Source: Marinicella sp. (lineage in GTDB: Bacteria > Pseudomonadota > Gammaproteobacteria > Xanthomonadales > Marinicellaceae). Taken from it: 64,000 nt of DNA. The position numbers were made by a program, and so were the translations under genes. The stretch is taken from the NCBI GenBank assembly GCA_965230295.1, contig OZ246001.1, positions 1,408,001 to 1,472,000 of the forward strand, written 5' to 3'. Position 1 is the first letter of the stretch; each line of letters opens with the position of its first letter. This document shows positions 19,966 through 30,370 of the stretch, in pieces. Below the pieces are notes generated by a model. The model worked only from the letters and a program-made list of their open reading frames with translations, did not search any database and was not told the DNA's origin.

Positions 19966-20394
19966 GTGAGCCAAAATTTGGAAAATGATTTATTTGTAGA
20001 TATGATGAACTGGGGATTTATTGATCTGAGGAACCAGTTTAAACAAGGCATGTTTATGAACGATCATGGCAAACGTTTATTCATTAAACAAGTGTTTCCA
20101 AAGAAGTCTCCTGATCACATAGATGTGTACATGCAATATGCCCATGTGGTCTCCGTCAATGGCCATTTGAAATCCGATCCTGCAGTGGTTTTGGGGTTTG
20201 ACTTACAAGGCAAAAAGATTTATCCAGTGGTCTATCGCAATGACCTGCTCGATCACACCATACAGGTTTACGAGGATGGCACCTTGAATGAAGACAATGC
20301 TGACTGGTTATTACAGTATTGGTCAGATTGGCTCAATGAACTGAATTGTGATGACTATGACTCCCTGGACCACGCCCAATTAAAAACTGGCTGA
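19966..20394 (+). CDS. Hypothetical protein, DUF1249/DUF6908-like
   Basis: GGAGG RBS before GTG; AH..NGHLKSDP..WSDWLNEL pattern. Confidence 0.5.
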   Translation: MSQNLENDLFVDMMNWGFIDLRNQFKQGMFMNDHGKRLFIKQVFPKKSPDHIDVYMQYAHVVSVNGHLKSDPAVVLGFDLQGKKIYPVVYRNDLLDHTIQVYEDGTLNEDNADWLLQYWSDWLNELNCDDYDSLDHAQLKTG

Positions 20395-20518
20395 ACCCGA
20401 ATCACGTCCAACCAGTCACTCTGAATCTTTTGATACCGCCATCATCGGTGATGTCACCATTTCGGGAGGTCGACTCCTTTGGGTACCAGTATATTGATTC
20501 CAAACTTTTCTTGTTTCA

Positions 20519-21277
20519 TTAAGAGGATTGTTTGATCTCAGCACTGACAGTTTTCTTTACCGAAGGGATCAGCATTGGCACCTGGTCTTTATACGCTCTG
20601 TAGGTATCGCCAAATTCATCTTCTAAATCCTTTTCTTCAAACTGAATGGCCACCACTATGTAAGCTGTGCACATCATTGCGAAAACAAAATGAGCAACCG
20701 TCATCACAGGTGCAGCCCACACAACAACGATCCAACCCACATACAAAGGGTGTCGAACGTATTTATACAAAGAAGGTGTCACGAAATGAGCGTCTTGATA
20801 TGTTTTCCCAACCAACTGGGCCCACACTTGTTGTAAGCCAAACAAGTGAAAATGATTGATCAAAAGGGTTGATACCAGAACCAGTGCCCAACCAAACATA
20901 TAAACAGTCAGGATGGCAGATTTGGCAAAACCACCGTCTGCACTCCATACAACACCACCCATGGGCTCCCAAAAATAAAACATGATGATCATGGCAACAT
21001 TCGACAACAAAACGTAAGTCGAACGCTCTGCTGAGCTGGGGATGTATTTGGTGATCCAGTTTTTGAAACCTTTCCTCGCCATGCCGCTGTGTTGCACAGC
21101 AAAAACTGTCAACAGCCCTAAATTAATCAAGAGTGCTTGTATAAAGGGTACCCCTGGCAGGGCGTCAATGGAGTTGCTCACTCTGATGTTACCGATAAAG
21201 CCAACGGCATAAATAAAGACCGCCAGAAACATCAAGTAACAAGTCAAACCGTAAATGAATATAGATATTTTTTTCAT
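20519..21277 (-). CDS. mddA: Methanethiol S-methyltransferase (ICMT-like membrane methyltransferase)
   Basis: FAVQHSGMAR, ERSTYVL, HLFGLQQV, LYKYVRHPLY and FEEKDL motifs; GAGGT RBS before ATG 21277. Confidence 0.85.
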   Translation of the reverse strand: MKKISIFIYGLTCYLMFLAVFIYAVGFIGNIRVSNSIDALPGVPFIQALLINLGLLTVFAVQHSGMARKGFKNWITKYIPSSAERSTYVLLSNVAMIIMFYFWEPMGGVVWSADGGFAKSAILTVYMFGWALVLVSTLLINHFHLFGLQQVWAQLVGKTYQDAHFVTPSLYKYVRHPLYVGWIVVVWAAPVMTVAHFVFAMMCTAYIVVAIQFEEKDLEDEFGDTYRAYKDQVPMLIPSVKKTVSAEIKQSS

Positions 21278-21369
21278 GATATAAACCTCGATTATGTTAA
21301 TATTATTAAAATTCAACGCATTCAAGCCGTTGATCTTGCTCCATTATGTTTTTTTTAAAATTTTGTACT

Positions 21370-21410
21370 TGACCATTCAATGACGTTTCAATGACCATTC
21401 AATGACCAAT
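21370..21410. promoter_or_regulatory. Four 11-bp-periodic direct repeats, probable winged-helix regulator binding site
   Basis: TGACCATTCAA TGACGTTTCAA TGACCATTCAA TGACCAAT between divergent mddA and the CadC-like gene. Confidence 0.7.
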
Positions 21411-21430
21411 AAAAAACATCTTTAAATACA

Positions 21431-23785
21431 ATGATTTATAAAATTCATAATCACATAATTGATGGCAATTTAAGGTCTGTTTCAGTTGATGGAAAACAGT
21501 TGAATGTCGAGCCCAAAGTTTATGACCTGATATATTTCCTGATCCAAAACCCGAATAAAGCCATCAGTAAAGATCAGTTACAAGATGCAGTGTGGCCTGG
21601 ACTTGAGGTATCTGAAACAGCGATTACCAGGGCTATCATGAAAGCCCGGAAATGTCTGAATGATGGCAATGACGTACAAAGTTACATCCAAACCATTCAT
21701 GGTCATGGCTATAAACTGGTGGCCAATATTGAAGTCATTGATAAGGCTGTTGTGCCTGGTGCGACCCATTCTATTCTCCCATGGTGGCAAAGAAAAAAAG
21801 TACTGTTTGTATTGGCCCTGACGGCCTTGTTGAGCTTCATTGGTGTTGGCTCACTATATTTAAACCGGGATGTTGTTGATGACAGCTCTAAATTGGCAGT
21901 GCTGCCTGTCATCAACAAAACCAACAACAAGGACTTCAGCTGGGTGTCATTGGGTCTAATGAGTCTGGCGGTGCAAATGATTCAAGCAGAAAACAGCATC
22001 AGCACCATTTCCAACAGCGCATCTTCTCAAATCAAAGACCTGGAGTTAGCAGATGACTTTCAGATGGCTGATGAACAAATCAGCTCATTAAAAGATCAAT
22101 TGAAAGCCACCCATTTGGTTTTTTCCATGTTGGAAAATGCAGATGACGATTTATTCAAATTGAGTTATTCTGTTTACCACCCCAAAGGCAAACAAGACGT
22201 CATTGAGTTGGTGGGAAACAACCCGACTGAACTCACGCAAAAGATGGTGAATCAAATCACCAACAAACTACCCAATTCATCCATTGCCATACCTAAGTTC
22301 AAAGCCATTTCAGACAACAGCTTCACCAATGAACTGTATGCCCGGGGTGTGGCTCACAGGCTTGAAGGCGATGCGAAAGCTGCCAGAGGGTACTTCAGTT
22401 TGGTGATTAAAGAAGAACCTGATTTATTTTGGCCACGATATCAATACGCCCTCACCTCCAATAAACTGGGGCAATATGATGAAGCCATTGAATCCCTTGA
22501 ACAACTATTGAAAGACATCCCGACAATCCTCAATGACAAAGACCTGGAGGCAGGGGTCAATAATGCCATTGGCATATCTTACATGCAGAAATCAGACCAC
22601 AAGCAAGGCATTGCCTACTATTCGAAAGCCTATGAAATCGCCAAGGAAAGTGGCAACCGAGATTACCAGGAAAAAATAGCCAGCAACATTGCCTGGATTT
22701 ACAAAGACAAAAGAGACTTTGATAAATCCAGGGTCTGGTTAGCCAAGTCCATTGAATCCAGAAAAGGCTTAGACCTTCCACCAAACATCAACAACATTTA
22801 CCTGAAAGGTCAGCTCGAGTACTTAATGAATCATTTTGATAAAGCCGAAGACATCTTCAAAGAGGCTTATGATTTGTATGTAGAGAACAACCACAATCGC
22901 CAGGCAGCCAAAGTGTTGAACTTAAGGGCCAAGGTTCAAAACCTGAAAGGCAGCTGGTCAAAAGCCCATGAAATTGTTGATGAATCATTCAAACTCAGTG
23001 AGAAAGTCGATGATGACTTGGGTCGATTGGACAGTCACTACATGCGCACCCAGGTATACTCCAATGAAGGTAAATACAGTCAAGCCATGACACTGGTTAA
23101 CGAAAACACCGTTAAAGCCGAGGCCCTGAATCAACAAAGGAAGTTACAAAACTGGAAAAAGCAGGAAATAAACCTCCTTTACAAACAGGGATCTTATGAG
23201 TTGGCACTAGAAAAACTCGAAAACATGGAAAAACAAAACGAATCTTCTGAAAAAGAATTGAGTGAGTCCATGCAGTTGATCAAGCATAAAATCGCCTATA
23301 CCACGGGTAACCCAGAACCACTGTTGAATTGGATAACAGACTATTCTGAAGATAACCAGAATCAAAATTCTCAATCTCAACTCAAAATCCAAAGACTCAA
23401 GATCTTCATGTTGGAAGCAGACCGAGAAAAAGGTAAGTCCGTTAACAATGATACTTCGATGGAATCGCTGATAAGCGCTTATCGCCATGCCATCAAGTTA
23501 GAACATGAGTTAGGCTACCAAGCCAGCCTGGCCAAAAAACTGATTAAAATTGCCCAATTGAACATCCAAAGTGGCAACCAACCAGGGTTTACCGATGCCT
23601 ACAACGAATTGCAGTTATTGGAATTGGATTGGTGGCAGGTGGATTTACTGACCGCCTACAAAGAACACCAAGCTGGCAATTTTAAACATGCCAAAGTATT
23701 GGCTGCCCAGGCTAAGCAAAATTCAACTGAGAACTGGAACGAAAAGGACGAGGAAATATTCATTTTAATCGATAGCCCGGTCTGA
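21431..23785 (+). CDS. CadC/ToxR-like membrane-anchored regulator (OmpR-type wHTH - TM - TPR)
   Basis: EPKVYDLI..SKDQLQDAVW..YIQTIHGHGYK, then a TM helix, LAVLP and helical TPR-like repeats. Confidence 0.88.
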   Translation: MIYKIHNHIIDGNLRSVSVDGKQLNVEPKVYDLIYFLIQNPNKAISKDQLQDAVWPGLEVSETAITRAIMKARKCLNDGNDVQSYIQTIHGHGYKLVANIEVIDKAVVPGATHSILPWWQRKKVLFVLALTALLSFIGVGSLYLNRDVVDDSSKLAVLPVINKTNNKDFSWVSLGLMSLAVQMIQAENSISTISNSASSQIKDLELADDFQMADEQISSLKDQLKATHLVFSMLENADDDLFKLSYSVYHPKGKQDVIELVGNNPTELTQKMVNQITNKLPNSSIAIPKFKAISDNSFTNELYARGVAHRLEGDAKAARGYFSLVIKEEPDLFWPRYQYALTSNKLGQYDEAIESLEQLLKDIPTILNDKDLEAGVNNAIGISYMQKSDHKQGIAYYSKAYEIAKESGNRDYQEKIASNIAWIYKDKRDFDKSRVWLAKSIESRKGLDLPPNINNIYLKGQLEYLMNHFDKAEDIFKEAYDLYVENNHNRQAAKVLNLRAKVQNLKGSWSKAHEIVDESFKLSEKVDDDLGRLDSHYMRTQVYSNEGKYSQAMTLVNENTVKAEALNQQRKLQNWKKQEINLLYKQGSYELALEKLENMEKQNESSEKELSESMQLIKHKIAYTTGNPEPLLNWITDYSEDNQNQNSQSQLKIQRLKIFMLEADREKGKSVNNDTSMESLISAYRHAIKLEHELGYQASLAKKLIKIAQLNIQSGNQPGFTDAYNELQLLELDWWQVDLLTAYKEHQAGNFKHAKVLAAQAKQNSTENWNEKDEEIFILIDSPV

Positions 23786-23828
23786 CCAAGGTCAAATGGG
23801 TGAATAAACCGCAATTGGAAAGGGCACA

Positions 23829-24941
23829 ATGATACCAAACAACACAAAAATTCTTATTGTTGGCGCTGGTCCCACTGGCTTAACGGCAGCCGTAGAATTG
23901 GCCAGACAAGGCATCATCCCAACCATAATTGACAAGCGTTCTCGGGTATCAAATCTAAGTCGCGCGGTTGGCATAACCCCAAAAAGTTTAGCAATTCTTT
24001 CTCAATGCGGCGTTGATAAGAGGTTGATTGCAGAGGGTATCGCCATCCAAAACAGCCATGTGTTTATACATGATCGACTCAGTCTTTCAGTCAAACTTCA
24101 TTCTGCACGCAGCCACTTTCATACTTTGCTGGGCTTACCTCAGGATCGAACTGAGAAGGTCTTGCTTGATAAATTCAAATCATATGGCGGCACTGTGAAC
24201 TATGGTGTTGAATTCATCAACTATCAGCCTATTGATCCTGAGCATGGCCACAATTTACATGTTTATTTACGCCAAACAAATGAATCCAAGACTGATAACG
24301 TCTTTGAAGAAAATTTCGATTTTATTTTTGGTGCCGATGGCATCAACAGTCAAGTCCGTAAAACCGCTCAAATTCCCTATATCGGTTACGACCTGAGAAC
24401 CACATGGTCAATTGCTGATGTCAATATCAACAATTGGCCATACCCCAATGATTTTTGCTTATTTAAACTCCCAAAAGGTCAAATGATGGTGGTGGTCGCT
24501 ATTGGCAAAAACCGTTACCGAATGGTTTCCAACACACATGATTCCATAGCTGCATTGCCGTTGCAATCTGAAATCACCCATACCCATCGCGAAGGTACTT
24601 TTAATATTGCTGTGCGGCAAGCCAAGACTTATGCCAAAGACCATGTGTTCATCGGTGGTGATGCAGCACACTGTCACTCACCGGTGGGTGGTCGGGGAAT
24701 GAACCTGGGCATTGCCGATGCCGCCCAATGGGTGGCCTGTTTAGTAGAAGGGCGCCTGGATAATTACACCGAGATTCGGCACAAAGCAGGCCAAAAAATC
24801 ATAAAAATGAGTGAGCGCGGGCGTCGAATGATTTCGTCCAAATCCTGGTTTAAGAACACGCTGTTCAAACTGTTTATTGGAACCGCAAAGCATGTCAATT
24901 GGATCAAAAAACGCTTCAGTCAATTCATCATAGAGTTTTAA
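23829..24941 (+). CDS. FAD-dependent monooxygenase (PheA/TfdB-like)
   Basis: GAGPTG, GADG and GDAAHCHSPVGGRGMNLG motifs. Confidence 0.9.
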   Translation: MIPNNTKILIVGAGPTGLTAAVELARQGIIPTIIDKRSRVSNLSRAVGITPKSLAILSQCGVDKRLIAEGIAIQNSHVFIHDRLSLSVKLHSARSHFHTLLGLPQDRTEKVLLDKFKSYGGTVNYGVEFINYQPIDPEHGHNLHVYLRQTNESKTDNVFEENFDFIFGADGINSQVRKTAQIPYIGYDLRTTWSIADVNINNWPYPNDFCLFKLPKGQMMVVVAIGKNRYRMVSNTHDSIAALPLQSEITHTHREGTFNIAVRQAKTYAKDHVFIGGDAAHCHSPVGGRGMNLGIADAAQWVACLVEGRLDNYTEIRHKAGQKIIKMSERGRRMISSKSWFKNTLFKLFIGTAKHVNWIKKRFSQFIIEF

Positions 24942-24966
24942 CGGGCTGATCAGGGGCCTTTTCACC

Positions 24967-25115
24967 GGAAAGCTGCTGAGCAGCTTGACCCGCCGAGCCG
25001 GTTGGTGAGCTTTGCGAATCAGAGGCGAAGAGCGCGAGGTAGCAAGTCATGTTCGCCGTGGTCGTTTTCACTTTTGTCTGGAACAAAAGTGAATGAAGCC
25101 CCAAGAACATTCCTT
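24967..25115. repeat. Structured intergenic repeat, copy B (short form)
   Basis: Same termini as copy A but lacks both internal modules; contains the hairpin TTCACTTTTGT-CTGGA-ACAAAAGTGAA. Confidence 0.9.
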
Positions 25116-25191
25116 CATTAATGGTTGTGGTTTGATCTGATGCTTGAATGGCTGCTGATGGTTGAAAAATCTGCAGCCATTACATCGGCAA

Positions 25192-27177
25192 TCACTCAAC
25201 AAAAGCCGGCAGGATTCGCTCTGCGGTTGTTTGCAGGTAAGCGGTATCGTTATCATGACCGGTGTGCACAATCAGCAGGTCCAATGCCTCAATCAGGGTG
25301 ATTAACTGACCATAGCCCCCTTGGGCAGACGCGCTGAAATATCTTTGATTCCTGAAGTGTAAATCCGCGCTCCACCAGTAATATCCATAGCCCTGATTTG
25401 AAACATTTTTACCACCGTAATGGAGCTCTTCATCGCTGGTATCAACGATCCTATCAATGGCTTTGACCACAAAGGCTTCAGGAATCAACTGTTCATCATT
25501 CCACCTGCCTTTGTTCATGGCCAAAATGCCCATTTTGACCATATCACGTGATGTCATGCTTGAGGATGAACCTGCCCTGGGCAAGCCACTGACATCATCA
25601 CGCCAGCCATAATTTCTGATGCCCATTTTACCGAGAAGCTCTTTTTCAATAAAGTCCTGGGCAGTTCCCGGAACGACAGCTTCAATGACCTGCATCACCA
25701 AGGTTGGGTCCAATTGATATTTAAAACGCTGCGATTCTTCGGTGATCGGTTCGCTGAGTTCGAGGTAGGCTTGAATTTGCCCTTGGCCTTTCAGTTTGTC
25801 GGTGTCTTTCTCTAATGCTTCATGTTGTTCTTCACTGATGCGGATACCGGAACGCATGGTCATCGCCTGATGTAAAGTGATCTTCTCTGCCCCGTCAACT
25901 AATTTCGTTGGATCTAAATCCTTGAGAAAACTGATCAAAGGCTGGTCTAAATCGGCCATGCTCAAATAACCCAACTGGATGGCACGGCCAAGTGCCAAGC
26001 CAGTATAAGCTTTGGTCGCTGACGCTTGCGGATGCGGCAGATCAACACGCCCGCGCAAATAATAAGATTCAAATACCAGTTTGCCTTTGTGGACAATCAG
26101 TAGGCTGTCGTAACCACCGTGCTTGGCGCCAGCAATCTCTTGAGCCAACTGCATGACCAGCTCTTGATTACCGCCATCTGTGCCCAACTTTCCGATCTGT
26201 ATACCGTCTTTTTTGTCATCCGGACTGGCATCAATGAAGGCTTGTTCAAGTAAAGGCAGGTCCCAAAAGGCAAGCTCCTTTTCAGCGTCTGTGGCCATGG
26301 GTGCAAGACCAGCGTCTTGTGTCCTGAGCGTCTCAATGATTTTGGCATCAACCCAATAGATATCGGTGTTATCCGATTCCAAGTCTGCTTTTCTGTTGAA
26401 TAAAATGTACTTGCCATCCGGGGTGACCGTGGCAAAGGCATCCCAGCCTGGCGAATTGACACTTTCTCCCATATTAATCGCAGACCCCCAAGAGCCATCT
26501 TTTTGGCGAAAACTGATGTACAAGTCTGAATCGCCAAAACCACCTTCACGTTCACTGTCCCAAATCAGGTAACTTTCATCAGGAGCAATGAAAGGGTGGG
26601 CGGTCCATTTTCCTGTGTTGACCACAGCGCCCATGGGCACGGGTGCTTGACGCACACCACCCTTAACCGTGGAGATGCGGATCAAATCATTGCTTTTATA
26701 ATCATCAAACACATACGTTCCATGGGCTGATGACGTCAATCGCATGATGCCCCAATCATCTCTGTCGAAAAGGGGGCCTAAACTTTTGCGTTCGGACCAA
26801 CCGTCACCGATGCGCTCTTTATAGCCTTTGGCCATGTGCATGCGCTGGCCATCCGGTGAAAATGTCACTTCACCACGCCGCTTGAATGATGTGTACTTCT
26901 TCCACTCATTGTTTTCTTGACGCAGACCGATCACTGTAATGGGCATGCCTTCACCGCTTCTGGTGGTGAAATAAAATTCTTTCATACCCGGCGCAAACAC
27001 GCCCTCAAGTTCCCAACCATCGATAGAAATGATGCCTGGTGCAAAGGGTTCGGCCACCATGCCAGGCGGCGGCTGTCCCAGCAGTGGGCCTTTGAGCACA
27101 GGAAATGTTCGTTGAGCGTCACTGCGACATCTGTCAGAAAACCCCACCAAAACCAGCAGAATCATGAAAAATTTCAT
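25192..27177 (-). CDS. Secreted fusion: PD40 beta-propeller + beta-lactamase-fold serine hydrolase
   Basis: N-terminal half is similar to 6616-7605 (LKG..GQxPPG..FAP). C-terminal half has SxxK (SATK), ITLHQAMTMRSG and YGYYWW..AQGGYGQ. Confidence 0.85.
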   Translation of the reverse strand: MKFFMILLVLVGFSDRCRSDAQRTFPVLKGPLLGQPPPGMVAEPFAPGIISIDGWELEGVFAPGMKEFYFTTRSGEGMPITVIGLRQENNEWKKYTSFKRRGEVTFSPDGQRMHMAKGYKERIGDGWSERKSLGPLFDRDDWGIMRLTSSAHGTYVFDDYKSNDLIRISTVKGGVRQAPVPMGAVVNTGKWTAHPFIAPDESYLIWDSEREGGFGDSDLYISFRQKDGSWGSAINMGESVNSPGWDAFATVTPDGKYILFNRKADLESDNTDIYWVDAKIIETLRTQDAGLAPMATDAEKELAFWDLPLLEQAFIDASPDDKKDGIQIGKLGTDGGNQELVMQLAQEIAGAKHGGYDSLLIVHKGKLVFESYYLRGRVDLPHPQASATKAYTGLALGRAIQLGYLSMADLDQPLISFLKDLDPTKLVDGAEKITLHQAMTMRSGIRISEEQHEALEKDTDKLKGQGQIQAYLELSEPITEESQRFKYQLDPTLVMQVIEAVVPGTAQDFIEKELLGKMGIRNYGWRDDVSGLPRAGSSSSMTSRDMVKMGILAMNKGRWNDEQLIPEAFVVKAIDRIVDTSDEELHYGGKNVSNQGYGYYWWSADLHFRNQRYFSASAQGGYGQLITLIEALDLLIVHTGHDNDTAYLQTTAERILPAFVE

Positions 27178-28034
27178 TGCGATTCTCCATTTTTAGTTAC
27201 CCTGCTTAACCAACTCACACTGCGAACGCCAGTCAGTGGAGCGGCGGTTTGGTGGTTGCCTTCCACCTCATCAGTTTTGATCGATATGTTTTGGCCATAC
27301 TTGGCTTTCATCATGTTTGTAAAGGTATCAATTGGAGCCTTCCTGTCCTGTTCTAAGGTCCCGTAGGATACATAAACATTGACTGGATTTTGGGTGAGTG
27401 GTGCTGAATCAGGATTCAGTGCTTCTAACAGGGGGTTGCTGTTTTGCAGTGTGGGGCTGCCAATGATGTAATTGTTGAAGGTGTCCGGCTGGGCTGCCAA
27501 AGCATACGCTCCAAAAAGTCCACCCAATGAGTAGCCGAAATAAGTCCGCTTACTTGGGTCGGTTTGAAAATTTTTTTCGATGTATTTAATCACATCATTG
27601 CGAATGAACTTGAGGTGTTGGCTGGCCTGGCCAAATTGGTATTTGGCTTGCCTTTCTGGGTCACTTGACGCCTTGATGGTATAGTCGCTGAAGCGGCTGG
27701 CATACTCACCAATGTCATTGATGGTGCCCTCAGCCAAATTCTTTTGCCAAGAAATACCCACCAAAATGGCATCCTCCATGATGAATTCAGCAGCCGAGGA
27801 CAGCATTTCGATTTGCCACACCGCGTCAGTGAAATAGATCACAGGATGGCTGACGTTTTTGTCAACAGCATAGTTTTCTGGCAATTTGATATACAATTCA
27901 TATTGTTTGTCTGAAGCAGAATCATGGACAGGGATGACTTGTGTTCTGGGCATGGTATAGGCTGTTTGCCCAGGGCCGGCTGTGCCGATCATAGGTACCA
28001 ATAGCAACCACATGGCGTATAAATTTTTCTTCAT
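27174..28034 (-). CDS. Secreted alpha/beta hydrolase (IroE-like esterase)
   Basis: YIKLP..PVIYFTD and GYSLGG nucleophile motifs; signal peptide; ATGA overlap with the next gene. Confidence 0.85.
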   Translation of the reverse strand: MKKNLYAMWLLLVPMIGTAGPGQTAYTMPRTQVIPVHDSASDKQYELYIKLPENYAVDKNVSHPVIYFTDAVWQIEMLSSAAEFIMEDAILVGISWQKNLAEGTINDIGEYASRFSDYTIKASSDPERQAKYQFGQASQHLKFIRNDVIKYIEKNFQTDPSKRTYFGYSLGGLFGAYALAAQPDTFNNYIIGSPTLQNSNPLLEALNPDSAPLTQNPVNVYVSYGTLEQDRKAPIDTFTNMMKAKYGQNISIKTDEVEGNHQTAAPLTGVRSVSWLSRVTKNGESQ

Positions 28035-28090
28035 TGGGCTTATTTCTCATTTGAAAAACGCCCATCTTAGGCATCGAGCTATAAAAATAC

Positions 28091-28134
28091 CTGAAGTCGA
28101 GCTGACTTCTGGCTGATTTCTGACTGATACTGGA
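28091..28134. promoter_or_regulatory. Four 11-bp-periodic CTGA repeats, probable winged-helix regulator site
   Basis: CTGAAGTCGAG CTGACTTCTGG CTGATTTCTGA CTGATACTGGA in the divergent intergenic region. Confidence 0.6.
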
Positions 28135-28199
28135 ATTTAGATTGGCTAGCCGTCCTGATATTTAGTTACAATTGGGGTTCATGTTTAGCTAACTCAGGT

Positions 28200-30320
28200 A
28201 TGTCAAAACAGTATTGGATAGGTGGTTTTTATATTGATTTATCCAGAAATCAAATCACCCAAAACCAAAAGACCCAAACCCTGGCTCCCAAGGCCTTGGC
28301 GGTGCTCACCTACTTGGCCGAAAATCACGGGTCGGTGGTCAGCCACGACGATTTATTGGCCGCCGTCTGGCCTGACACCATCGTCTCACCCAACACCTTA
28401 CAACGCAGTATCGCCCAATTAAGAAAAGCATTGGGTGATGATGGAAAGGGGCAAATCTACATCAAAACCCATGCCAAACAAGGCTACAGTTTAGAGTGTG
28501 ATGTCAGATGGCAGGGTCATAACGACTCAGAACAAGCATCAGGCCCAACTCAAAATATCGAACGAAAAAGCGGTGCTGAAACCGCTGAAATGCCACAATC
28601 ATCAAATCTGGGATTAAAGTTGGCGGTCATCCTGGCTGGTATCATTCTGTTGGGTATTTTGGGTTTTAATCAATTGATGACTGTTCGCACTTCATCATTG
28701 TCTTTTGACACCATAAACTCACTGACTGCAACGGATGACAAAGAGTTTGATGCGACTTACTCACCCGATGGCCAATACATCGTGTTCCACCGTTACAAGG
28801 GTAAACAATGCGTCAATAAAATCTGGGCCAAGCACATAGAAACCCAACAAGAGATCCAACTCACTGCGGATTGGGGGTCTTATGGCAGCCATGATTTTTC
28901 ACCTGATGGCAAGCGGCTGGTGTTTTTTGCCACAGAAGCCTGTGATGAACCAGTGGTGCAAAAAGATTGTTATGACCTGGTTACTTTGGATTTCGAACAA
29001 GCCCTACATCATCCACAACAACCCGATACCCTGCTGCAATGTAAACAATCCAAAGCGATCAAACCTTTGTGGATCAGTAACAACAACATTGCCCTGTTAC
29101 AACTGCAATCCAAACGTGTTAAATTGATCAATTATTCGGTCAGTGACAACGCCAGCACCGACTTGTACAACCCGACTGAAGGCAGCCTGATCGATTATAC
29201 CTATTCAGCCAAAAAAGACCTGCTCGCAATCAGCCGCATTCACAATGATGGTCTACAGTACATTGAAATGCTCAGCCCCAGTGGCGATCTGTTATCCAGT
29301 CACCCAATTCAACGACCGCCTGAGATAGCCAAGTTCCGTCTAATCCGTCCGAGCTTTGATCCTAACAACGAGCAACTGATCTTCAGCACAGGTCGGCAAA
29401 TGTTCACCCTGTCATACGATGGAATCGTCGCCAAAATCAACTTGCCTTTTGCTGATCGGATGGTTGAACCGGCTTTCCACCCTGAGGGTCATCGCTTGCT
29501 GATGATCAAGGGCCCCTATGACAGTGACATCATGTTGATGTCACTGGATGACACAGCAAATCCTTCAGATCAGTCAACAGAACACAACCCTTATGAACGC
29601 TCTACTCTGGGCGAGGATCATGCGATGTTCCAGCCTGGTGGCGACTTGATCGCGTTCTGGTCAGAACGATCCGGTGAACAACAAATATGGGTAAGCAGTG
29701 ATGAAGGGGCCCAACAATTGACCGATTTCCCCATCGACACCTACATCCGTGGTATCGACTGGGCAAAAGATGGCCGAAGCCTGTTGGTCAACGCCAGTGG
29801 CGTGCTCACCCAAGTCCATCTGGATGGCAAACAACAATCTTTTCCCATCTCTGATGCTGTACTACAGCTGTTCCAGTGGGACAGTGAGACCAACAAAGCT
29901 TTGTTGAAAGTGCGGATGAATGGCATCAGCCAATTTGTTGAGTTTGACTTAATCAAATCTTCGATTCGCAAGATCAATGACCAAGCCATTAAGTGGGCTT
30001 TGAAAAGTGCAGATGGCCGCTTGATTTACAAGGATCAACTGGATCAATTTTGGCAACCTGGTCCGGTTGAACCAGAGCACATCACAGCCTTAGATCAACA
30101 GGGCAATCGTGACAATTCCTTTGTGATGAATGGCAACACCCTCTATGCCATCAACGACCAGCACCAATTGTGGTCCTATGATCTGGAAGACGGTACCTTC
30201 AACATCATCGGCAACGTCCGTGATGATGTTGATTACCTCACTGATGTCAATTCAGAACAGCTGCTGCTTACCCTTCAAGTGGCGGCCAAAAAAGAAGTGG
30301 TTGAACTGGTCATTAATTGA
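28200..30320 (+). CDS. CadC-like membrane-anchored regulator (wHTH - TM - TolB-like propellers)
   Basis: LAPKALAVL..IAQLRKALGDD..IKTHAKQGY, a TM helix, and YSPDG/FSPDG repeats. Confidence 0.88.
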   Translation: MSKQYWIGGFYIDLSRNQITQNQKTQTLAPKALAVLTYLAENHGSVVSHDDLLAAVWPDTIVSPNTLQRSIAQLRKALGDDGKGQIYIKTHAKQGYSLECDVRWQGHNDSEQASGPTQNIERKSGAETAEMPQSSNLGLKLAVILAGIILLGILGFNQLMTVRTSSLSFDTINSLTATDDKEFDATYSPDGQYIVFHRYKGKQCVNKIWAKHIETQQEIQLTADWGSYGSHDFSPDGKRLVFFATEACDEPVVQKDCYDLVTLDFEQALHHPQQPDTLLQCKQSKAIKPLWISNNNIALLQLQSKRVKLINYSVSDNASTDLYNPTEGSLIDYTYSAKKDLLAISRIHNDGLQYIEMLSPSGDLLSSHPIQRPPEIAKFRLIRPSFDPNNEQLIFSTGRQMFTLSYDGIVAKINLPFADRMVEPAFHPEGHRLLMIKGPYDSDIMLMSLDDTANPSDQSTEHNPYERSTLGEDHAMFQPGGDLIAFWSERSGEQQIWVSSDEGAQQLTDFPIDTYIRGIDWAKDGRSLLVNASGVLTQVHLDGKQQSFPISDAVLQLFQWDSETNKALLKVRMNGISQFVEFDLIKSSIRKINDQAIKWALKSADGRLIYKDQLDQFWQPGPVEPEHITALDQQGNRDNSFVMNGNTLYAINDQHQLWSYDLEDGTFNIIGNVRDDVDYLTDVNSEQLLLTLQVAAKKEVVELVIN

Positions 30321-30324
30321 TAAG

Positions 30325-30359
30325 AAAACCCCGAATCCCGGTTTTTGATTCGGGGTTTT
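30325..30359. terminator. Bidirectional terminator-like hairpin
   Basis: AAAACCCCGAATC-9nt-GATTCGGGGTTTT between convergent genes. Confidence 0.75.
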
Positions 30360-30370
30360 GTGGGTGGGAT

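Noticed and set aside
21370-21410. CRISPR array or VNTR (also 28091-28134 and 44871-44908)
   Set aside because: Units are 11-21 bp without unique spacers and there are no cas genes; positions fit operators.
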